Shown here in pieces: positions 45,118-53,872 of a DNA stretch of 64,000 nucleotides (position 1 is its first letter; every line of letters begins with the position of its first letter). This stretch comes from Candidatus Shapirobacteria bacterium (GTDB taxonomy: Bacteria > Patescibacteriota > Microgenomatia > UM-FILTER-40-11): contig JAGVBK010000002.1 of assembly GCA_020059745.1 (NCBI GenBank), forward strand, positions 104,301 to 168,300, in the 5' to 3' direction. A model generated the notes under the pieces. It had not been told where the DNA came from. It did not search any database and saw only the letters and a list, made by a program, of their open reading frames with translations. The translations under genes and the position numbers were made by a program.

Positions 45118-45753
45118 TTACTTGGGTTGACTATCGGGTTTAACTCTTTGAGCATAGTTTTCACTGTCTTCTTTAAGGCAAACAAAGACATATTGAGCCT
45201 TGTCAACCTCAAGATAATCGCCGGGTTTATCCGGCCTGGCAAGAGGATTGCTGTCCATATCAGTAAGTAAAACTGCCCCCCAATCCCACTGGCCTTTCTC
45301 TGTTCTGTAGCTAACTACAAACCGAACCTTAAACTCATCTTTAAAAGAAAGCGCCTTCCCGGTATCTGTTTCTTCATTAACTCTGGGAAATCTTCTGACT
45401 TTTAGCCCGATTGGGCTGCCAACTTTGTAAATTGCTGTCTTTTCAGAATATTCATCAACCGGAGTGACACTAAGCTCTCCAATTTTCTGGCCGGAAAACT
45501 TATTTGCAATTTCTTCTTTAAGCAAGGCTGTTTTTTGGCTTACCAATTTCTTTTCAGCTTCTTTTTCCAAAAGAGGGTTTTCGGGAGTCGGGAATTTAGG
45601 GGCTTCAGGGACACCTTGAGAAGCAGCTTCAAGAAATGCTTTATCTCTCTTGCCAAGCCATCTGTTTACAAATAATGCGGCTGCCCCCACGGCTCCGGCT
45701 TTTATAAGCGTTCTCCTGCCGGGGTCTTTTGGCCCTTCTCCTGTCTCGGACAT
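45118..45753 (-). CDS. Exported protein with twin-arginine signal
   Basis: The N-terminus GRRTLIKAGAVGAAALF fits the Tat motif. No other family recognised. Confidence 0.5.
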   Translation of the reverse strand: MSETGEGPKDPGRRTLIKAGAVGAAALFVNRWLGKRDKAFLEAASQGVPEAPKFPTPENPLLEKEAEKKLVSQKTALLKEEIANKFSGQKIGELSVTPVDEYSEKTAIYKVGSPIGLKVRRFPRVNEETDTGKALSFKDEFKVRFVVSYRTEKGQWDWGAVLLTDMDSNPLARPDKPGDYLEVDKAQYVFVCLKEDSENYAQRVKPDSQPK

Positions 45754-45835
45754 AAACTGATTATATTATATGGCATATTTTACATACAAGAGTCTAAATT
45801 GACTCTCTTTTTAGATTCCGTTAACATGACAAGGT

Positions 45836-46648
45836 ATGATTGATACTCATGCCCACCTTCAGTTTCCCGAGCTTTTGAGAAAAATCGAGGAGATTATCTC
45901 TCAAAGCAAAAAAGCCGGAGTTTCCGGGGTGGTTATTGCCAGCAGCAATGTCTCAGATTCCAAAAAAGCTGTCGAGCTTGCAGAAAAATATTCGGGTTTT
46001 TTATTTGCTTCAATAGGTATTCACCCGCAGAAAACAGATCCCTACAATAAATCATCAATTACCGAGCAAATTGCCAGCTTAAAGGCACTTTTAACTAAGT
46101 CTCAAGATAGCATTTTTGCCATTGGTGAAACCGGACTTGACTTTGCCCCTGCCCCGCCGGTTGAAGAAGACCGTTTGCTTAAAGATCAGGAAAAGCTTTT
46201 TATAGAACAAGTAAAACTGGCCCAAGAATTTAAGCTTCCTCTTATCCTTCATGCCAGGCAAGCCAACGACCAGCTAATTGAAATGCTTAAGCAAATTAGT
46301 GATCCTAATCTTAAAGGAGTTTTCCATTGCTATTCCGGCGGCAAAAAAAAAATTTCAAAAATTCTTGAGATTCCGGGCGAGTGGTATTTTGGCTTTGACG
46401 GCAACCTTACTTATGATCAGGGGCTTCAGACTACCATACGCTTTATTCCTGAACAAAGAATTTTAGTGGAAACAGATTCCCCCTACCTTAGCCCTGAACC
46501 TTACCGGGGTAAAGTTAATACCCCGGCTACAATTCCGATTATCGTTAAAAAAATAAACGAAATTCTCGGTAAAGATACTTCTGAGAATATTTTTGAGAAT
46601 TCAATAAAGCTTTTTAATCTTAAAAAGTTATCTAGCCATAACCCTTAG
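45836..46648 (+). CDS. tatD: TatD-family metal-dependent hydrolase
   Basis: Contains IDTHAHL, GETGLDF, ILHAR, FHCYSG and ETDSPYL motifs. Confidence 0.9.
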   Translation: MIDTHAHLQFPELLRKIEEIISQSKKAGVSGVVIASSNVSDSKKAVELAEKYSGFLFASIGIHPQKTDPYNKSSITEQIASLKALLTKSQDSIFAIGETGLDFAPAPPVEEDRLLKDQEKLFIEQVKLAQEFKLPLILHARQANDQLIEMLKQISDPNLKGVFHCYSGGKKKISKILEIPGEWYFGFDGNLTYDQGLQTTIRFIPEQRILVETDSPYLSPEPYRGKVNTPATIPIIVKKINEILGKDTSENIFENSIKLFNLKKLSSHNP

Positions 46649-46695
46649 CTCTTTTTGCTAAATACTGATTGAAACCTTTATAGTATTTTGTTAAA

Positions 46696-46896
46696 ATGTC
46701 CTTTATGCCGCAAACAAACCCGGCTAAATTTTTGAGTGAGGTTAAAAGCGAACTAACCAAAGTCACCTGGCCTTCCAGGCCTGAAGTTGTCCGCTTAACC
46801 ATGGTGGTAGTAATAATCTCCCTTATTGTCGGACTTTTTGTTGGAGGGCTTGATTTAATTTTTACCAAAATCATACAGCTAATTTTAGGAAGGTAA
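46696..46896 (+). CDS. secE: Preprotein translocase subunit SecE
   Basis: 66 aa with FLSEVKSELTKVTWPSR and a single TM helix. It lies directly upstream of nusG. Confidence 0.85.
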   Translation: MSFMPQTNPAKFLSEVKSELTKVTWPSRPEVVRLTMVVVIISLIVGLFVGGLDLIFTKIIQLILGR

Positions 46897-46898
46897 GT

Positions 46899-47537
46899 AT
46901 GGCCAAGAAAAAACAAGAAGAAATTAAAGAAGAAAAAGTTAGTGAAAAAGAAACCCTAAAAAAAGAGAAAAAAGGGTTTCCTAACCACTTGGTAATTACC
47001 AAATCTGATGACCCAAGAGCTAAGTGGTTTGTTGTCCATACCTACTCTGGCCATGAAGCCAGAGTAATGGCTTCTTTGCAGCAAAGAGTGGAAACCATGA
47101 AGCTTGCAGACAGGATTTTAGAAGTCTTAATCCCTACACAAGAACAAATTCAAATAAGGTCAGGCAAAAAGCACCAGGTTACGGAAAAGATTTTTCCCGG
47201 CTATATCTTGGTTAGAATGATTCTGGATGACAACTCCTGGCTGGCAGTAAGAACTACCCAAGGAGTAACCGGCTTTGTCGGTGTTGGCAACAAACCAACC
47301 CCAATCTCAGACGAAGAAGTTAATACCATCCAAAAGTTCATGAGCATGGAAGCTCCTAAATACAGGGCCAAGTTTTCTGCTGGTGAAGCGGTTAAAATTA
47401 TTGACGGCCCTTTTAATGAGTTTTTAGGCTCAATTGAATCAATTGACGAGGAAAGAGGCAAACTTAAAGTGCTTGTTTCCATTTTCGGAAGAGAAACTCC
47501 GGTAGAACTGGACTTTCTTCAAGTTAAAAAGCTATAA
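46899..47537 (+). CDS. nusG: Transcription termination/antitermination factor NusG
   Basis: Contains WFVVHTYSGHE, FPGYILV and a KOW region (GEAVKIIDGPF...G). Confidence 0.9.
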   Translation: MAKKKQEEIKEEKVSEKETLKKEKKGFPNHLVITKSDDPRAKWFVVHTYSGHEARVMASLQQRVETMKLADRILEVLIPTQEQIQIRSGKKHQVTEKIFPGYILVRMILDDNSWLAVRTTQGVTGFVGVGNKPTPISDEEVNTIQKFMSMEAPKYRAKFSAGEAVKIIDGPFNEFLGSIESIDEERGKLKVLVSIFGRETPVELDFLQVKKL

Positions 47538-47579
47538 TTCAACTTTGTTTAGAGTTTAAAATTTTAAATTTTTAAATAT

Positions 47580-48005
47580 ATGGCAGCAAAAAAAGTTAAA
47601 ACAGTTATCAAGCTAAATTTACCGGCCGGAGAAGCCAATCCTGCTCCTCCTGTTGGTCCGGCCTTAGGACAGCACGGCCTTCCAATCATGGACTTTATTA
47701 AGGCTTACAACGAAAGAACTGCCCAGCTTAAAGGCAATGTTATTCCGGCAGTTATTACCGTTTATGAGGACAGAACTTTTTCCTTTGTTACCAAGCTTCC
47801 TCCGGTAGCAGCCATGATTAAAAAGACCTTGAGCTTGTCGAAGGGTTCGGGAAAAGCAGGCCGGGAAACAGCTGCCACTTTAAGCAAGTCTCAAGTTGAA
47901 CAAATTGCTAAAGAAAAAATGGAAGACTTAAACACTAAAGATTTGGAGGCTGCAAAAAGAACGGTTGAGGGAACAGCAAGAAGCATGGGAATCAAAATAA
48001 AGTAA
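47580..48005 (+). CDS. rplK: 50S ribosomal protein L11
   Basis: Contains the signature PAGEANPAPPVGPALGQHG. Confidence 0.95.
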   Translation: MAAKKVKTVIKLNLPAGEANPAPPVGPALGQHGLPIMDFIKAYNERTAQLKGNVIPAVITVYEDRTFSFVTKLPPVAAMIKKTLSLSKGSGKAGRETAATLSKSQVEQIAKEKMEDLNTKDLEAAKRTVEGTARSMGIKIK

Positions 48006-48047
48006 ATATAACAATTACAACGGTTATAAAATTTATAAATATTATAC

Positions 48048-48788
48048 ATGGCCAAAGATAAAGATAAAAAAGACGAAAAAGAAAAGAAAGTAAAATCTTC
48101 CGGTAAGGGCGAGCGGTTTGTGGATATGTCAGCCGATGCTGTAGTTGTCGACGAAAATGTTCTTGAAGAACAACTTAACGAGGAAAAAGAAGAGAAAGAA
48201 CCTAAAGTCAGAGGTAAAAAATACCAGGAAGCAAGAAAAAAAGTTGATACCACCAAAGCCTATTCGCCTAAAGAGGCCTTTGAGCTTCTTAAAGAAGTTT
48301 CAGTTTCTAAGAAAAACGGCACTGTTGAAGCCCATTTCAATGTCACTGAAAAAGGCTTAAGCGGAGACACCAACCTTCCCCATTCAACCGGAAAAGCAAG
48401 GAAAGTGGCCATATTTAGCGACGAACTGGCAGAACAAATCAAGGCCGGAAAAATTGACTTTGATGTTCTTTTGGCCACTGCTGCTGACATGCCGAAAATT
48501 CTGCCTCTAGCAAAAGCTTTAGGACCCAAAGGTCTGATGCCAAACCCAAAAAGCGGCACTCTTGTTCCTGATCCCAAAAAAGCTTTAGAAAACTTTTCGG
48601 GAAATAGCCTTCACTATAAAACTGAAAAAGATTTCCCTCTTATCCATACTGTCATTGGCAAAGTTGACCAGCCGGTTGAAGAATTAACAGAAAACCTTAA
48701 AGCCCTGGTAAAAGCAGTAAACCCCAAAAACATCAAAAAAGTCACGGTCAAATCCACCATGAGCCCGGGAATAAGAGTAAACTTCTGA
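48048..48788 (+). CDS. rplA: 50S ribosomal protein L1 (with Lys/Glu-rich N-terminal extension)
   Basis: Contains GTVEAHFNV, GLMPNPKSGT and IHTVIGK motifs. Confidence 0.9.
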   Translation: MAKDKDKKDEKEKKVKSSGKGERFVDMSADAVVVDENVLEEQLNEEKEEKEPKVRGKKYQEARKKVDTTKAYSPKEAFELLKEVSVSKKNGTVEAHFNVTEKGLSGDTNLPHSTGKARKVAIFSDELAEQIKAGKIDFDVLLATAADMPKILPLAKALGPKGLMPNPKSGTLVPDPKKALENFSGNSLHYKTEKDFPLIHTVIGKVDQPVEELTENLKALVKAVNPKNIKKVTVKSTMSPGIRVNF

Positions 48789-48792
48789 AAAA

Positions 48793-50100
48793 TTAGCTTG
48801 TCTTGTTTCTTAATTGCCTGAATTTGTCTTGAACTTCAATTGGTAAATCCTCTGTGGCTTTCCCCTTCTCACTGACCATGATTCCGTAGATAGTGTCAAG
48901 CACTTCCTCTGGCCTTAACTCACGACCCCCGGTTTCAAAAGATGAACGCCTTAAAATTGCGTATTCAAGTTCCAAAAGATTTTGAGCATTTTCTAAAGTA
49001 GGATTTCCTCCCCTTTTTACTGCTCTTGCCCTTAATTCAACTACTTTATCCCTCAGTCTTTCTCCATTGGTAATATAGTTTTTATCTAGCTCTCCGCTTA
49101 GATAACCTTTTATTCTATTAACCAAATCCTCTGTTTTATAAGTAAAATTATGGCTGCCCATAATTGTCCTTCCTTTAAGTGCTTCTAAAAGTTCAGAAAA
49201 AAGCTGTGAAGAAGCAATGCTTGGTTTTTCCCGAGATTTTTCTTCAGGCTTTAAAGCCGGCTCAGCCCGATATCCTGTCACTTCGGTGGCAACAACAGTA
49301 ATGTCATCTTTTTTTGCCCTGAAATGGCGGCTTTGCGCTCTTTCCAGAGCTTTTTCCACCAACCTTTTTGCCACTTGTTTTGAATTCCCAAAAAGAGCTT
49401 CTTTAATTTCCTCATCAGTCAAGTTATCGGAAACTCCGTCAGTTACCCCGATAATCCTGTCTCCGGGTTTAAGAGCCAAGACAAAAATATCAGGAAGTTC
49501 TTCTTCGTCGCTGCCAAGATAGCGAACCAGCTTATTTCTGTGCTTGTAAAAAAGACCCACCTCCGGTCTAAGATTTTTAAGTTCCGACTCATTTTTTGCC
49601 TGGTCAACCGCCTTAGCTTCGCTTGGAGTTATTTTCCCGGCATCAACCATTTCATTTAAAGGATTGTGGTCTTTGGTTATTTGTTCAAGCCTTCCGTCCC
49701 GGTAAAGGTAAACCCGGCTGTCTCCAATATTCCCAATTACTACTTTTTTTCCTCCTTCCACAAAAAGAGCAGCAACCGCAGTTGTTCCAGACTCAGGAAC
49801 TCCATTTCTAACACCTCTTCCTGCTTCAATAAAAGCTTCCTCTAAAGTCCTTCTTGCCTCAAACTCATTGCTGTTAGAAGAAAAACCTTTTAGTTTTCTG
49901 GAAAAGACCAAATTCGCCCTTGAGGCAGCCTCTTTCCCTCCTGACATGCCTCCCATACCATCAAAAACAGCAAAATTGCTTCCTTCGGTCCAAAAAGAGT
50001 CTTCGCCCTTTTCCGCCCTGTTTTCAACAGCCAAAGTAGCAGAAAGCCTTTGGCTGGTTTCCGGAGGTCGGGCAAATTCCTGAAAAGATTGGTCGCTCAT
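48793..50100 (-). CDS. PP2C-family Ser/Thr phosphatase with ~150-aa C-terminal extension
   Basis: Contains FAVFDGMGG, GDSRVYL and TDGVSDNL motifs in the N-terminal ~270 aa. The C-terminal part is unassigned. Confidence 0.8.
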   Translation of the reverse strand: MSDQSFQEFARPPETSQRLSATLAVENRAEKGEDSFWTEGSNFAVFDGMGGMSGGKEAASRANLVFSRKLKGFSSNSNEFEARRTLEEAFIEAGRGVRNGVPESGTTAVAALFVEGGKKVVIGNIGDSRVYLYRDGRLEQITKDHNPLNEMVDAGKITPSEAKAVDQAKNESELKNLRPEVGLFYKHRNKLVRYLGSDEEELPDIFVLALKPGDRIIGVTDGVSDNLTDEEIKEALFGNSKQVAKRLVEKALERAQSRHFRAKKDDITVVATEVTGYRAEPALKPEEKSREKPSIASSQLFSELLEALKGRTIMGSHNFTYKTEDLVNRIKGYLSGELDKNYITNGERLRDKVVELRARAVKRGGNPTLENAQNLLELEYAILRRSSFETGGRELRPEEVLDTIYGIMVSEKGKATEDLPIEVQDKFRQLRNKTS

Positions 50101-50146
50101 CTTAGACCATGATATTTTGTTTTTTCTTTCAATGCAACCAATACCA

Positions 50147-50176
50147 TTGCCAAGAAATAAATATAAATGCTATAAT
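50147..50176 (+). promoter_or_regulatory. Strong sigma-70-type promoter (extended -10)
   Basis: TTGCCA (50147-50152), an 18-nt spacer, then TGcTATAAT (50168-50176). Confidence 0.6.
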
Positions 50177-50248
50177 ATTAATAGCTTATAGTATTCATTG
50201 TCTGATAGCCGTTGCCGTCGTCTTCTTCCCCCAGGAAAAGGAGGCATC

Positions 50249-50434
50249 GTGGCAAAGCCGGCAAGAAAGGGCAATGGATCAAAGCCTCGGGGTGAAAAGG
50301 GTCAAGCCAGGCACAGAAGCGCCAGGCCAGTCATTCCTGATCCTTCTCCACTCGTGGCAGGCGGAGACTACAGTGACGAGAATTTGTTGGCAAGAGCCGA
50401 AAGGGGCCTGCTACATTCTCTGCACATCACCTGA
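50249..50434 (+). CDS. Candidate 61-aa basic protein in a GC-rich patch (or part of an ncRNA)
   Basis: AAGGAGG (50238-50244) lies 4 nt upstream of GTG 50249. The product is MAKPARKGNGSKPRGEKGQARHRSARPV.... The unit has its own promoter and terminator. No family recognised. Confidence 0.35.
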   Translation: MAKPARKGNGSKPRGEKGQARHRSARPVIPDPSPLVAGGDYSDENLLARAERGLLHSLHIT

Positions 50435-50451
50435 AGTCCCCCCTCCCCACC

Positions 50452-50505
50452 GGTCCGGTGTTGAAGCGCTGCTTGCAGCCCTTCTTTTTTTCACCGGACC
50501 TTTTT
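50452..50505 (+). terminator. Terminator-like hairpin
   Basis: GGUCCGGUG (50452-50460) pairs with CACCGGACC (50492-50500) and is followed by UUUUU. The loop is unusually long. Confidence 0.45.
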
Positions 50506-50559
50506 CTGGCTTTCTTCTACTCCCTTGCTTTTAAAACACTTTCATGCTATTATTTTTTA

Positions 50560-50668
50560 AGCCTTAAGACAGTAAGTGTCTGGTGAAACCGGACTTAATT
50601 TCTTACCGAGGGGACAAATTAATCTTTTGTTTTTGCCTCGGTAAAGCCGGGGTTTTTATTTTTTAAGG
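50560..50668 (+). promoter_or_regulatory. rplJ (L10) leader with terminator/antiterminator alternative
   Basis: UACCGAGG (50604-50611) can pair with CCUCGGUA (50636-50643). Alternatively, CCUCGG (50636-50641) pairs with CCGGGG (50647-50652), which is followed by a U-run just before the rplJ SD. Confidence 0.5.
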
Positions 50669-50674
50669 AGTAAA

Positions 50675-51193
50675 ATGAAAAAACAAGATAAATTTTTTGA
50701 AGTTGACAACTTAAATGCAAAAATTAAGGACGCCAAATCAGTGGCCCTGGTTGACTACCGCGGCATTACCGTCTCTCAGGCTACTGCTTTAAGAGAAAAA
50801 GTAAAAGAGGCCGGCGGTGAGCTTCAGGTTGTAAAAAATAACCTTTTCTTTAGGGCCTTAAGACAAAACGACTACGAAGTTGAAAAAGAAAAACTTGAAG
50901 GCCCTTCCCTTGCCCTTTTTGCCAACGCTGATGAGATTACTCCCCTTAAAGCTTTAGTTTCATTTGCCAAAACATCAGGACTTCTACCTTTTAAAATTGG
51001 TTTTATGGAAGGAAGAGTTCTTTCTGAGGCTGAACTTAACCGCTTTGCCAATCTTCCCAGCAAACAGGAACTGCAAGCCAAACTCGTCGGCATGTTGGCA
51101 AGTCAGCCCGGCCGTTTGGTTTATGCTTTAAACTACAACTTACAAAGACTGGCTTTAGTATTAAATGCTGTAAAAGAGAAAAAACAGCAATAA
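50675..51193 (+). CDS. rplJ: 50S ribosomal protein L10
   Basis: 172 aa with a [18 protein letters not shown] motif. It is followed by rplL. Confidence 0.9.
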   Translation: MKKQDKFFEVDNLNAKIKDAKSVALVDYRGITVSQATALREKVKEAGGELQVVKNNLFFRALRQNDYEVEKEKLEGPSLALFANADEITPLKALVSFAKTSGLLPFKIGFMEGRVLSEAELNRFANLPSKQELQAKLVGMLASQPGRLVYALNYNLQRLALVLNAVKEKKQQ

Positions 51194-51230
51194 TTGTTTA
51201 AAATTTAAAATTTTTGTAAGGAGGTGTAAA

Positions 51231-51641
51231 ATGGCAGACGAAGCTCAAGTATCCAAAAATGTTGAAGGCTTAATTTCAGAAATCGAAAAACTGTCTGTTT
51301 TAGAACTGGCAGATCTAGTCAAGGCTTTAGAGGATAAATTCGGTGTTAGTGCCGCTCCTGTAGCCATGGCTGCTCCTGCGGGCGCTGCTCCCGCTGCTGG
51401 CGGCGAAGCTGCTCCAGCCGAGGAACAAACCACTTTCAATGTGGTTATTGCCAACGCAGGCGCCAACAAAATTTCGGTTATTAAGGCTGTAAGAGAAATC
51501 AACCAAAACCTGGGTTTAAAAGAAGCTAAGGATTTAGTTGAAGCAGCCCCGAAAGAAGTCTTAACCGGGGTTAACAAGAGTACCGCTGAAGAAGCCAAGA
51601 AAAAACTCGAGGCAGCAGGCGCTACTGTTGAATTAAAATAA
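51231..51641 (+). CDS. rplL: 50S ribosomal protein L7/L12
   Basis: It has an Ala-rich hinge and the C-terminal domain [20 protein letters not shown]... Confidence 0.95.
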   Translation: MADEAQVSKNVEGLISEIEKLSVLELADLVKALEDKFGVSAAPVAMAAPAGAAPAAGGEAAPAEEQTTFNVVIANAGANKISVIKAVREINQNLGLKEAKDLVEAAPKEVLTGVNKSTAEEAKKKLEAAGATVELK

Positions 51642-51656
51642 GGCTAAGCACACCTT

Positions 51657-51685
51657 AAAAATCCCCTCTTTCTGAGGGGATTTTT
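51657..51685 (+). terminator. rplL intrinsic terminator
   Basis: AAAAUCCCCUC-UUUCU-GAGGGGAUUUUU. Confidence 0.8.
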
Positions 51686-51799
51686 AGTGGAAAAACTACA
51701 AAAATTGTAATTGCTTGACAAGCGGTTGTAGAATACATCTATAGAAAAAAGCTAAAAAGAGGCTAAAGCGCTTCTTAACAGCTTATTTTTTGTTCTTTG

Positions 51800-52617
51800 A
51801 AAAGGGAGACAGAGTTGAAGACCGAAAGGCGAAGGCACAAAACCTTCGGCTTTCGGTCTTCAGCATTCAAGATAGCCAAAAATGGCAGAAAGGAGAACTT
51901 GGCTACGGATTAGTCGATCCGCCTTACTCACCCCCAGGAGAAAAAAGTGAGAGTAGTTACGGTCGGTTCGGCAAAGGTAGTTCCAACTATCGGGGAAGAG
52001 ATGTTCCCAATGGTCGGCTTCGGACTGGGAGTCCAAACGTCAATGGGAGGCTGTTTCGGACTTAGGTCTGACCACGATGAGTCGGTTCTTGTCTGGAACA
52101 GCCAAAAGAAGCTTCCCGAGCTGCTTGAAGAAGCAGGTATTCCCTTCGTGCAGACGGGGAAAGAGTTCACAACTACTGTTCCCGGCTGCAGGGAGACTGT
52201 AATCAAATCTGGAGAAAGATTGTCTTGGAGCTTCCCGATGCCCACCCTGACAAGCGGACACCCAAAGTTCGCATTCCTTCCCCAACCCCGGTTCGCACGC
52301 ATTGGAGAAGGAAGAAGACAATACTACCTGATCAAGCTTCTCGGCGCACTGGTCGGCACCCAAGAGGCCATTGTATGCCTCGAGTTCGGACAGTTCAGCT
52401 CAAGTTACAAGAACTTGTGCTACAAGTTCGAGCTCAAGGGGGTGGTGGCAATCGGACCAAAAGAACATCTTTTCTGGCAGTTTGAACTACCCCCAGAAGA
52501 AAGCTTTGATTCTCTTCTCAAGAGAATCAAGCTTTACTAGATCCTGGCTCGCGTGCCAATTTTCCCCCAGCCTTGCGGCACGCGAGCCTTCCGTTTGGCA
52601 CTCTCTGTCTCCCTTTT
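51800..52617 (+). other. Inverted-repeat-bounded GC-rich cassette carrying one orphan gene
   Basis: A 15-bp perfect IR: AAAAGGGAGACAGAG (51800-51814) with CTCTGTCTCCCTTTT (52603-52617). Inside are a ~20-bp hairpin (51816-51862), the CDS, and a 12-bp hairpin (52546-52588). Confidence 0.6.
51947..52540 (+). CDS. Hypothetical 197-aa protein (orphan)
   Basis: GTG start with AGGAG 6 nt upstream. The amino-acid composition is balanced. No motif I recognise. Confidence 0.55.
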   Translation: MRVVTVGSAKVVPTIGEEMFPMVGFGLGVQTSMGGCFGLRSDHDESVLVWNSQKKLPELLEEAGIPFVQTGKEFTTTVPGCRETVIKSGERLSWSFPMPTLTSGHPKFAFLPQPRFARIGEGRRQYYLIKLLGALVGTQEAIVCLEFGQFSSSYKNLCYKFELKGVVAIGPKEHLFWQFELPPEESFDSLLKRIKLY

Positions 52618-52799
52618 GTAATTCTTCTATTTTCTTTCTCTTTTTTTTACTATAAAAACATCAATATATTTCAAAATGTCTAAAAGTATTTCACCCCTTT
52701 TATATCCTATTGACAACTTTTTAACTACTGTGATACTCTTTTGATTAGAAAAACATATTCTAAAGTTTAGTATTTTGAATTTCTCCCGAAAGGAGCTAT

Positions 52800-53015
52800 A
52801 TGCCTGATAAAAAGAATCTTAACCTGGATAATCTTCCCGACTTGCTTACTGTCCGCGAGGTAGCTGAAATTCTAAGAGTTTCTCCCCTAACCATTAAAAG
52901 ATGGGGCAAAAGAGGCAAGCTGCCGGCAATCAGAATCAATTCCAGAGGCGACAGAAGGTATAAAAAAGAAGCGGTCCTTTGGATGCTAGGTATTCAACCG
53001 AAAGACCAAATCTAA
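52800..53015 (+). CDS. Excisionase/MerR-type helix-turn-helix DNA-binding protein
   Basis: 71 aa. LLTVREVAEILRVSPLTIKRWGKRGKLPAIRI matches the excisionase-family HTH pattern. Confidence 0.65.
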   Translation: MPDKKNLNLDNLPDLLTVREVAEILRVSPLTIKRWGKRGKLPAIRINSRGDRRYKKEAVLWMLGIQPKDQI

Positions 53016-53089
53016 TTTTTAAAAAATTTGTTTCTTTTTAAAATCGAATAAACAGAGTTTGAAAGTTGTTTTTGCACAGTTTATAAAAA

Positions 53090-53872
53090 TTAAGAATTTA
53101 TTTTAAATTTTTCTCGAAATATTAACCAAGGAAACACAACTGTTGCCGTCCACACCCTTTTTAAGTGCCCCGGCTTTGTTAAACCTCGCCAAAGCCACTC
53201 TAAACCAATCTTCCGCATCAAAAAAGGCGCCCTCTTACTAAAACCCGTTAAAAAGTCAAGAGAGCCACCTATGCCGATAAACACTTTGGCGTTTATTTTT
53301 TCTTTATTGCCAATAATCCACTCTTCTTGCTTAACCATGCCGTGGCAAGCGAAAACAATTTTAAGCCCGCCTGCCGGATGGGCAGGTTTTAAATCTTGCC
53401 TGTCGGCAGACAGGTTTTCTATTTTAAATTCTAAGTTATCGAGGTTAACAAATTTGACCCGAGGGTACTTTTCAGATAACTTTTTAAAAAGAAACTCAGC
53501 TTCCCCTCTATCTCCTCTTCTGGCTCCGGCAATACCCACAGACCAGCCTTTACTATTAGCTGTTTCAAGTAAGCAGGAAACAAGATCAGCACCGCTTACT
53601 CTTTCTTTAACTTCCTTCCTAAATACTCTTGAAAAAAGAACCAAACCAAAACCGTCAGGAATGTTGATATCAGCCACTTTAAGGATTTCTTTGAATTTTA
53701 GGTTTTTTTGAGCTTCAACTAGAAATTCAGGATTAGGAGTAAAAATAATCAGGGGGGGCTTAGCCTCAAAACCTGGCTTTTCTTCAATTAACCCCTCAAT
53801 TTGGTCTAGCAAACTTGGCAGCTGAGTGCTATTTATGGGTACACCTAGAATATTAGCTATATTTCGGCTCAT
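53090..53872 (-). CDS. WecB/TagA/CpsF-family glycosyltransferase
   Basis: Contains PDGFGLV, GIGGSLDFLTG...RAP and GLEWLWR motifs. Confidence 0.8.
   Translation of the reverse strand: MSRNIANILGVPINSTQLPSLLDQIEGLIEEKPGFEAKPPLIIFTPNPEFLVEAQKNLKFKEILKVADINIPDGFGLVLFSRVFRKEVKERVSGADLVSCLLETANSKGWSVGIAGARRGDRGEAEFLFKKLSEKYPRVKFVNLDNLEFKIENLSADRQDLKPAHPAGGLKIVFACHGMVKQEEWIIGNKEKINAKVFIGIGGSLDFLTGFSKRAPFLMRKIGLEWLWRGLTKPGHLKRVWTATVVFPWLIFREKFKINS

Noticed and set aside
50109-50534. 141-aa + strand ORF across the GC-rich unit
   Set aside because: It starts upstream of the predicted promoter and reads through the terminator hairpin. The in-unit 61-aa frame with a perfect SD is the only credible coding option.
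51947-52540. Calling the 197-aa protein a homing endonuclease or transposase
   Set aside because: The segment LIKLLGALVGTQEA only superficially resembles LAGLIDADG, and it sits mid-protein. I saw no HUH, DDE, HNH or GIY-YIG motif. I leave it as an orphan.
52800-53015. The excisionase-type HTH gene as proof of a prophage or integrative element
   Set aside because: No integrase, att repeats or phage genes are in the window. Small HTH proteins of this type also occur as stand-alone regulators.
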